From Eledone cirrhosa (taxonomy: Eukaryota), in NCBI GenBank assembly GCA_964016885.1, contig OZ024741.1:403744001-403808000 (forward strand): a DNA stretch of 64,000 nt, given 5' to 3'. The notes under the pieces are model-generated. The model saw nothing but the letters and a program-made list of their open reading frames with translations, ran no database searches and was not told where the DNA came from. Shown piece by piece: positions 54,201 through 64,000 of the stretch. Every line of letters starts with the position of its first letter. The first letter of the stretch is position 1. Position numbers and translations under genes: made by a program.

Positions 54201-57200
54201 ATAGATCCTAGTGTCTCTGTGATAGAGTTGATTAGTTAGAGTGATAGATCCTAGTATCTCTGTGATGTAGTTAATTAGTTAGAGTGATAGATCCTAGTGT
54301 CTCTGTGATAGAGTTGATTAGTTAGAGTGATAGATCCTAATGTCTCTGTGATAGAGTTGATTAGTTAGAGTGATAGATCCTAGTATCTCTGTGATAGAGT
54401 TAATTAGTTAGAGTGATAGATCCTAGTGTCTCTGTGATATGGTTGATTAGTTAGAGTGATAGATCCTATTGTCTCTGTGATATAGCTGATTAGGTAGAGT
54501 GATAGATCCTAGTGTCTCTGTTATATAGTTGATTAGTTAGATTGATAGATCCTAGTGTCTCTGTGATATAGTTAATTATTTTGAGTGATAGATCCTAGTG
54601 TCTCTGTGATATAGTTCATTAGTTAGAGTGATAGATCCTAGTGTCTCTGTTATATAGCTGATTAGTTAGAGTGATATATCCTAGTGTCTCTGTGATATAG
54701 TTGATTAGATAGAGTGATAGATCCTAGTGTCTCTGTGATATAGTTGATTAGTTAGAGTGATAGATCCAAGTGTCTCTGTGATATAGTTGAATAGGTGGAG
54801 TGATAGATCCTAGTGTTTCTGTGATATAGCTGGTTAGTTAGAGTGATAGATCTTAGTGTCTCTGTGATATAGCTGATGAGTTAGAGTGATATATCCTAGT
54901 GTCTCTGTTATATAGCTGATTAGTTAGAGTGATAGATCCTAGTGTCTCTGTGATATAGCCGATTAGTCAGTGTGATAGAACCTAATGTCTCTGTTATATA
55001 GGTGATTAGTTAGAGTGATAGATCCTAGTGTCTCTGTGATATAGTTAATTAGATAGAGTGATAGATCCTAGTGTCTCTGTGATATAGCTGATTAGTTAGA
55101 GTGATAGATCCTTGTGTCTCTGTGTTATAGTTGATTAGTTAGAGTGATAGATCCTAGTGTCTCTGTGATATAGCTGATTAGTTAGAGTGATAGATCCTAG
55201 TGTCTCTGTGATATGGCCGATTAGTCAGAGTGATAGAACCTAGTGTCTCTGTTATATAGGTGATTAGTTAGAGTGATAGATCCTAGTGTCTCTGTGATAT
55301 AGTTAATTAGATAGAGTGATAGATCCTAGTGTCTCTGTGATAGAGTTGATTAGTTAGAGTGATAGATCGTAGTATGTCTGTGATGTAGTTAATTAGTTAG
55401 AGTGATAGATCCTAGTGTCTCTGTGATAGAGTTGATTAGTTAGAGTGATAGATCCTAGTATCTCTGTGATGTAGTTAATTAGTTAGAGTGATAGATCCTA
55501 GTGTCTCTGTGATAGAGTTGATTAGTTAGAGTGATAGATCCTAATGTCTCTGTGATAGAGTTGATTAGTTAGAGTGATAGATCCTAGTATCTCTGTGATA
55601 GAGTTAATTAGTTAGAGTGATAGATCCTAGTGTCTCTGTGATATGGTTGATTAGTTAGAGTGATAGATCCTATTGTCTCTGTGATATAGCTGATTAGGTA
55701 GAGTGATAGATCCTAGTGTCTCTGTTATATAGTTGATTAGTTAGAGTGATAGATCCTAGTGTCTCTGTGATATAGTTAATTATTTTGAGTGATAGATCCT
55801 AGTGTCTCTGTGATATAGTTCATTAGTTAGAGTGATAGATCCTAGTGTCTCTGTTATATAGCTGATTAGTTAGAGTGATATATCCTAGTGTCTCTGTGAT
55901 ATAGTTGATTAGATAGAGTGATAGATCCTAGTGTCTCTGTGATATAGTTGATTAGTTAGAGTGATAGATCCAAGTGTCTCTGTGATATAGTTGAATAGGT
56001 GGAGTGATAGATCCTAGTGTTTCTGTGATATAGCTGGTTAGTTAGAGTGATAGATCTTAGTGTCTCTGTGATATAGCTGATGAGTTAGAGTGATATATCC
56101 TAGTGTCTCTGTTATATAGCTGATTAGTTAGAGTGATAGATCCTAGTGTCTCTGTGATATAGCCGATTAGTCAGTGTGATAGAACCTAATGTCTCTGTTA
56201 TATAGGTGATTAGTTAGAGTGATAGATCCTAGTGTCTCTGTGATATAGTTAATTAGATAGAGTGATAGATCCTAGTGTCTCTGTGATATAGCTGATTAGT
56301 TAGAGTGATAGATCCTTGTGTCTCTGTGTTATAGTTGATTAGTTAGAGTGATAGATCCTAGTGTCTCTGTGATATAGCTGATTAGTTAGAGTGATAGATC
56401 CTAGTGTCTCTGTGATATGGCCGATTAGTCAGAGTGATAGAACCTAGTGTCTCTGTTATATAGGTGATTAGTTAGAGTGATAGATCCTAGTGTCTCTGTG
56501 ATATAGTTAATTAGATAGAGTGATAGATCCTAGTGTCTCTGTGATATAGCTGATTAGTTAGAGTAATAGATCCTTGTGTCTCTGTGTTATAGTTGATTAG
56601 TTAGAGTGATAGATCCTTGTGTCTCTGTGATATAGCTGATTAGTTAGAGTGATAGATCCTAGTGTCTCTGTGATATGGTTGATTAGTTAGAGTGATAGAT
56701 CCAAGTGTCTCTGTGATATAGTTGATTAGTTAGAGTGATAGATCCTAGTGTCTCTGTGATATAGCTGATTAGTTAGAGTGATAGATCCTAGTGTCTCTGT
56801 TATATAGCTGATTAGTTAGAGTGATAGATCCTAGTGTCTCTGTGATATAGTTAATTATTTTGAGTGATAGATCCTAGTGTCTCTGTGATATAGTTGATTA
56901 GTTAGAGTGATAGATCCTAGTGTCTCTGTTATATAGCTGATTAGTTAGACTGATATATCCTAGTGTCTCTGTGATATAGTTGATTAGATAGAGTGATAGA
57001 TCCTAGTGTCTCTGTGATATAGTTGATTAGTTAGAGTGATAGATCCAAGTGTCTCTGTGATATAGTTGAATAGGTGGAGTGATAGATCCTAGTGTTTCTG
57101 TGATATAGCTGATTAGTTAGAGTGATAGATCTTAGTGTCTCTGTGATATAGCTGATGAGTTAGAGTGATATATCCTAGTGTCTCTGTTATATAGCTGATT

Positions 57201-60200
57201 AGTTAGAGTGATAGATCCTAGTGTCTCTGTGATATAGCCGATTAGTCAGAGTGATAGAACCTAGTGTCTCTGTTATATAGGTGATTAGTTAGAGTGATAG
57301 ATCCTAGTGTCTCTGTGATATAGTTAATTAGTTAGAGTGATAGATTCTAGTGTCTCTGTGATATAGTTGATTAGTTAGAGTGATAGATCCAAGTGTCTCT
57401 GTGATATAGTTGATTAGTTAGAGTGATAGATACTAGTGTCTCTGTGATATAGCAGATTAGTTAGAGTGAGAGATCCTAGTGTCTCTGTTATATAGCTGAT
57501 TAGTTAGAGTGATAGATACTAGTGTCTCTGTTATATAGCTGATTAGTTAGAGTGATAGATCCTAGTGTCTCTGTGATATAGCTGATTAGTTTGAGTGATA
57601 GATCCTAGTGTCTCTGTGATATGGTTGATTAGTTAGAGTGATAGATCCTATTGTTTTTGTAATATTGTTGATTAGTTAGAGTGATAGATCCTAGTGTCTC
57701 TGTTATATAGCTGATTAGTTAGAGTGATAGATCCTAGTGTCTCTGTTATATAGCTGATTAGTTAAAGTGATAGATCCTAGTGTCTCTGTGATATGGTTGA
57801 TTAGTTGCAGTGATAGATCCTAGTGTCTTTCTGATATGGTTGATTAGTTAGAGTGATAGATGCTAGTGTCACTGTGATATAGGTGATTAGTTAGAGTGAT
57901 AGTTCCTAGTGTCTCTGTGATATAGTTGATTAGTTAGAGTGATAGATCTAGTGTCTCTGTGATATAGTTGATTAGTTAGAGTGATAGATCCTAGTGTCTC
58001 TGTGATATAGTTGATTAGTTAGAGTGATAGATCCTAGTGTCTCTGTGATATGGTTGATTAGTTAGAGTGATAGATTCTAGTGTCTCTGTGATATAGTTGA
58101 TTAGTTAGAGTGATAGATCCTAGTGTCTCTGTGATATAGTTGATTAGTTAGAGTGATAGATCCTAGTGTCTCTGTGATATAGTTGATTAGTTAGAGTGAT
58201 AGATCCTAATGTCTCTGTGATAGAGTTGATTAGTTAGAGTGATAGATCCTAGTATCTCTGTGATAGAGTTAATTAGTTAGAGTGATAGATCCTAGTGTCT
58301 CTGTGATATGGTTGATTAGTTAGAGTGATAGATCCTATTGTCTCTGTGATATAGCTGATTAGGTAGAGTGATAGATCCTAGTGTCTCTGTTATATAGTTG
58401 ATTAGTTAGAGTGATAGATCCTAGTGTCTCTGTGATATAGTTAATTATTTTGAGTGATAGATCCTAGTGTCTCTGTGATATAGTTCATTAGTTAGAGTGA
58501 TAGATCCTAGTGTCTCTGTTATATAGCTGATTAGTTAGAGTGATATATCCTAGTGTCTCTGTGATATAGTTGATTAGATAGAGTGATAGATCCTAGTGTC
58601 TCTGTGATATAGTTGATTAGTTAGAGTGATAGATCCAAGTGTCTCTGTGATATAGTTGAATAGGTGGAGTGATAGATCCTAGTGTTTCTGTGATATAGCT
58701 GGTTAGTTAGAGTGATAGATCTTAGTGTCTCTGTGATATAGCTGATGAGTTAGAGTGATATATCCTAGTGTCTCTGTTATATAGCTGATTAGTTAGAGTG
58801 ATAGATCCTAGTGTCTCTGTGATATAGCCGATTAGTCAGTGTGATAGAACCTAATGTCTCTGTTATATAGGTGATTAGTTAGAGTGATAGATCCTAGTGT
58901 CTCTGTGATATAGTTAATTAGATAGAGTGATAGATCCTAGTGTCTCTGTGATATAGCTGATTAGTTAGAGTGATAGATCCTTGTGTCTCTGTGTTATAGT
59001 TGATTAGTTAGAGTGATAGATCCTAGTGTCTCTGTGATATAGCTGATTAGTTAGAGTGATAGATCCTAGTGTCTCTGTGATATGGCCGATTAGTCAGAGT
59101 GATAGAACCTAGTGTCTCTGTTATATAGGTGATTAGTTAGAGTGATAGATCCTAGTGTCTCTGTGATATAGTTAATTAGATAGAGTGATAGATCCTAGTG
59201 TCTCTGTGATATAGCTGATTAGTTAGAGTAATAGATCCTTGTGTCTCTGTGTTATAGTTGATTAGTTAGAGTGATAGATCCTTGTGTCTCTGTGATATAG
59301 CTGATTAGTTAGAGTGATAGATCCTAGTGTCTCTGTGATATGGTTGATTAGTTAGAGTGATAGATCCAAGTGTCTCTGTGATATAGTTGATTAGTTAGAG
59401 TGATAGATCCTAGTGTCTCTGTGATATAGCTGATTAGTTAGAGTGAGAGATCCTAGTGTCTCTGTTATATAGCTGATTAGTTAGAGTGATAGATCCTAGT
59501 GTCTCTGTGATATAGTTAATTATTTTGAGTGATAGATCCTAGTGTCTCTGTGATATAGTTGATTAGTTAGAGTGATAGATCCTAGTGTCTCTGTTATATA
59601 GCTGATTAGTTAGACTGATATATCCTAGTGTCTCTGTGATATAGTTGATTAGATAGAGTGATAGATCCTAGTGTCTCTGTGATATAGTTGATTAGTTAGA
59701 GTGATAGATCCAAGTGTCTCTGTGATATAGTTGAATAGGTGGAGTGATAGATCCTAGTGTTTCTGTGATATAGCTGATTAGTTAGAGTGATAGATCTTAG
59801 TGTCTCTGTGATATAGCTGATGAGTTAGAGTGATATATCCTAGTGTCTCTGTTATATAGCTGATTAGTTAGAGTGATAGATCCTAGTGTCTCTGTGATAT
59901 AGCCGATTAGTCAGAGTGATAGAACCTAGTGTCTCTGTTATATAGGTGATTAGTTAGAGTGATAGATCCTAGTGTCTCTGTGATATAGTTAATTAGTTAG
60001 AGTGATAGATTCTAGTGTCTCTGTGATATAGTTGATTAGTTAGAGTGATAGATCCAAGTGTCTCTGTGATATAGTTGATTAGTTAGAGTGATAGATACTA
60101 GTGTCTCTGTGATATAGCAGATTAGTTAGAGTGAGAGATCCTAGTGTCTCTGTTATATAGCTGATTAGTTAGAGTGATAGATACTAGTGTCTCTGTTATA

Positions 60201-61980
60201 TAGCTGATTAGTTAGAGTGATAGATCCTAGTGTCTCTGTGATATGGTTGATTAGTTAGAGTGATAGATCCAAGTGTCTCTGTGATATAGTTGATTAGTTA
60301 GAGTGATAGATCCTAGTGTCTCTGTGATATAGCTGATTAGTTAGAGTGAGAGATCCTAGTGTCTCTGTTATATAGCTGATTAGTTAGAGTGATAGATCCT
60401 AGTGTCTCTGTGATATAGTTAATTATTTTGAGTGATAGATCCTAGTGTCTCTGTGATATAGTTGATTAGTTAGAGTGATAGATCCTAGTGTCTCTGTTAT
60501 ATAGCTGATTAGTTAGACTGATATATCCTAGTGTCTCTGTGATATAGTTGATTAGATAGAGTGATAGATCCTAGTGTCTCTGTGATATAGTTGATTAGTT
60601 AGAGTGATAGATCTAGTGTCTCTGTGATATAGTTGATTAGTTAGAGTGATAGATCCTAGTGTCTCTGTGATATAGTTGATTAGTTAGAGTGATAGATCCT
60701 AGTGTCTCTGTGATATGGTTGATTAGTTAGAGTGATAGATTCTAGTGTCTCTGTGATATAGTTGATTAGTTAGAGTGATAGATCCTAGTGTCTCTGTGAT
60801 ATAGTTGATTAGTTAGAGTGATAGATCCTAGTGTCTCTGTGATATAGTTGATTAGTTAGAGTGATAGATCCTAATGTCTCTGTGATATCGTTGATTAGTT
60901 GGAGTGATAGATCCTAGTGTTTCTGTGATATAGCTGATTAGTTAGAGTGATAGATCTTAGTGTCTCTGTGATATAGCTGATGAGTTAGAGTGATAGATCC
61001 TAGTCTCTCTGTTATATAGCTGATTAATTAGAGTGATAGATCCTAGTGTCTCTGTAATATAGCTGATTAGTTAGAGTGATAGATCCTAGTGTCACTGTGA
61101 TATAGCCGATTAGTCAGAGTGATAGAAATTAGTGTCTCTGTTATATAGGTGATTAGTTAGAGTGATAGATCCTAGTGTCTCTGTGATATAGTTAATTAGA
61201 TAGAGTGATAGATCCTAGTGTCTCTGTGATATAGTTGATTAGTTAGAGTGATAGATCCTAATGTCTCTGTGATATGGTTGATTAGTTAGAGTGATAGATC
61301 CTAGTGTCTCTGTGATATAGCTGATGAGTTAGAGTTATAGATCCTAGTGTCTCTATGATATAGTTGATTAGTTAGAGTGATAGATCCTAGTGTCTCTGTG
61401 ATATGGTTGATTAGTTAGAGTGATAGATACTAGTGTCTCTGTTATATACTTGATTAGTTAGAATGATAGATCCTAGTGTCTCTGTGATATGGTTTATTAG
61501 ATAGAGTGATAGATCCTAGTGTCTCTGTGATATAGCCGATTAGTCAGAGTGATAGATCCTAGAGTCTCTGTGATAGAGCTGATTAGTTAGAGTGATAGAT
61601 CCTAGTCTCTCTGTGATATAGCTGATTAGTTAGAGTGATAGATCCTAGTGTCTCTGTGATATAGCTGATTAGTTAGAGTGATAGATCCTAGTGTCTCTGT
61701 GATATAGTTGATTAGTTAGAGTGATAGATCCTATTGTCTCTGTGATATAGTTGATTAGTTAGAGTGATAGATCCTAGTGTCTCTGTGATATAGCTGATTA
61801 GTTAGAGTGATAGATCCTAGTGTCTCTGTGATATGGTTGATTAGTTAGAGTGATAGATCCTAGTGTCTCTGTGATATAGCTGATGAGTTAGAGTTATAGA
61901 TCCTAGTGTCTCTATGATATAGTTGATTAGTTAGAGTGATAGATCCTAGTGTCTTTGTGATATAGTTGATTAGTTAGAGT
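9260..61980. repeat. 43-bp satellite DNA array, ~52.7 kb, ~1,225 head-to-tail monomers
   Basis: Consensus TAGATCCTAGTGTCTCTGTGATATAG(T/C)TGATTAGTTAGAGTGA, period 43 (e.g. ATCCTAG at 9671 and 9714). Single orientation, with no foreign insertion seen. Confidence 0.99.
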
Positions 61981-64000
61981 GTACCACTAGAGCTGATTCA
62001 AATTTTTCCAGCCAGCCATCCACCTAATCTACGAAGGTATTTTAGCCTACATATTGTCGTTAATATTATGATGTTCCCTGCTGTATTAGCGTTAAATTTT
62101 CCCTGCTGTATTAGCGATAAATTTTCGAGGGTTTCTCTTAGTAGCTTTTTCATGTCGTTAATATTATGATGTTCCCTGCTGTATTAGCGTTAAATTTTCC
62201 CTGCTGTATTAGCGATAAATTTTCGAGGGTTTCTCTTAGTAGCTTTTTCATGTCGTTAATATTATGATGTTCCCTGCTGTATTAGCGTTAAATTTTCCCT
62301 GCTGTATTAGCGATAAATTTTCGAGGGTTTCTCTTAGTAGCTTTTTTCATGACGTTATTATTGTTATTTTACTGATGTAGTATTAACTTATTAACTTGGA
62401 TATTTACCATGCGGTATTCTAATCCTATTGTATCTCTCTCAGTTATTTACCATGCGACCCTCAGTTCCTACCCCCCCCCCTCTATGCACTTCTTTAAGGC
62501 TTACTACCCTGTCTTTAACCTAATTCATTCAATCTGAAAATATTGAAGAGATAAGACACTTTGCCATTCTTCTCTGCTAAAATGTACCACTAGAGCTGAT
62601 TCAAATTTTCCCAGCCAGCCATCCACCTAATCTACGAAGGTATTTTAGCCTACATATTGTCGTTAATATTATGATGTTCCCTGCTGTATTAGCGTTAAAT
62701 TTTCCCTGCTGTATTAGCGATAAATTTTCGAGGGTTTCTCTTAGTAGCTTTTTCATGTCGTTAATATTATGATGTTCCCTGCTGTATTAGCGTTAAATTT
62801 TCCCTGCTGTATTAGCGATAAATTTTCGAGGGTTTCTCTTAGTAGCTTTTTTCATGACGTTATTATTGTTAATTTTACTGATGTAGTATTAACTTATTAA
62901 CTTGGATATTTACCATGCGGTATTCTAATCCTATTGTATCTCTCTCAGTTATTTACCATGCGACCCTCAGTTCCTACCCCCCCCTCTATGCACTTCTTTA
63001 AGGCTTACTACCCTGTCTTTAACCTAATTCATTCAATCTGAAAATATTGAAGAGATAAGACACTTTGCCATTCTTCTCTGCTAAAATGTACCACTAGAGC
63101 TGATTCAAATTTTCCCAGCCAGCCATCCACCTAATCTACGAAGGTATTTTAGCCTACATATTGTCGTTAATATTATGATGTTCCCTGCTGTATTAGCGTT
63201 AAATTTTCCCTGCTGTATTAGCGATAAATTTTCGAGGGTTTCTCTTAGTAGCTTTTTCATGTCGTTAATATTATGATGTTCCCTGCTGTATTAGCGTTAA
63301 ATTTTCCCTGCTGTATTAGCGATAAATTTTCGAGGGTTTCTCTTAGTAGCTTTTTCATGTCGTTAATATTATGATGTTCCCTGCTGTATTAGCGTTAAAT
63401 TTTCCCTGCTGTATTAGCGATAAATTTTCGAGGGTTTCTCTTAGTAGCTTTTTTCATGACGTTATTATTGTTAATTTTACTGATGTAGTATTAACTTATT
63501 AACTTGGATATTTACCATGCGGTATTCTAATCCTATTGTATCTCTCTCAGTTATTTACCATGCGACCCTCAGTTCCTACCCCCCCCCTCTATGCACTTCT
63601 TTAAGGCTTACTACCCTGTCTTTAACCTAATTCATTCAATCTGAAAATATTGAAGAGATAAGACACTTTGCCATTCTTCTCTGCTAAAATGTACCACTAG
63701 AGCTGATTCAAATTTTCCCAGCCAGCCATCCACCTAATCTACGAAGGTATTTTAGCCTACATATTGTCGTTAATATTATGATGTTCCCTGCTGTATTAGC
63801 GTTAAATTTTCCCTGCTGTATTAGCGATAAATTTTCGAGGGTTTCTCTTAGTAGCTTTTTCATGTCGTTAATATTATGATGTTCCCTGCTGTATTAGCGT
63901 TAAATTTTCCCTGCTGTATTAGCGATAAATTTTCGAGGGTTTCTCTTAGTAGCTTTTTCATGTCGTTAATATTATGATGTTCCCTGCTGTATTAGCGTTA
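61981..64000. repeat. Second tandem array with units of 603, 504 and 603 bp plus a partial unit; internal 98-bp and 25-bp subrepeats
   Basis: GTACCACTAGAGCTG at 61981, 62584, 63088 and 63691. The 98-bp subunit starts at 62055, 62153 and 62251. TTCCCTGCTGTATTAGCG(T/A)TAAATT is doubled inside each subunit. Confidence 0.97.

Noticed and set aside
9260-61980. CRISPR-like array or coding repeat
   Set aside because: There are no unique spacers and no cas genes, the context is eukaryotic, and stop codons are frequent with no ORF called.
9260-61980. Telomere-derived origin (TTAG motifs)
   Set aside because: The consensus has TTAGTTAG but no TTAGG or TTAGGG runs, so the similarity is too short to support.

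Overview
Eukaryotic, AT-rich, repeat-only window with no intact gene. The dense (TA)n tracts and transposon debris look like an invertebrate animal, possibly a mollusc or cephalopod; that is inference only. (1) 1-9.25 kb is a nest of mobile-element remnants, most of them in or beside (TA)n tracts. It holds a Helitron 3' end with 173-bp internal repeats, an internally deleted L1/Tx1-clade LINE (endonuclease fused to the C-terminal Zn-knuckle, RT missing), and an RTE-clade LINE with a twin-priming-type 5' inversion inside a palindromic site. It also holds four fold-back elements and several minimal hammerhead-ribozyme-like motifs of the Penelope/retrozyme type. (2) ~9.26-61.98 kb is a 43-bp satellite (~1,225 monomers) with a mosaic higher-order structure that can be traced by diagnostic variants. 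(3) 61.98-64.0 kb is an abruptly joined second tandem repeat with three nested periods (25 bp in 98 bp in 504/603 bp). The strongest candidates for undescribed biology are the hammerhead-bearing, TA-associated fold-back elements, the inverted RTE insertion and the satellite architecture. No novel protein-coding system is visible. Coordinates were counted by hand.
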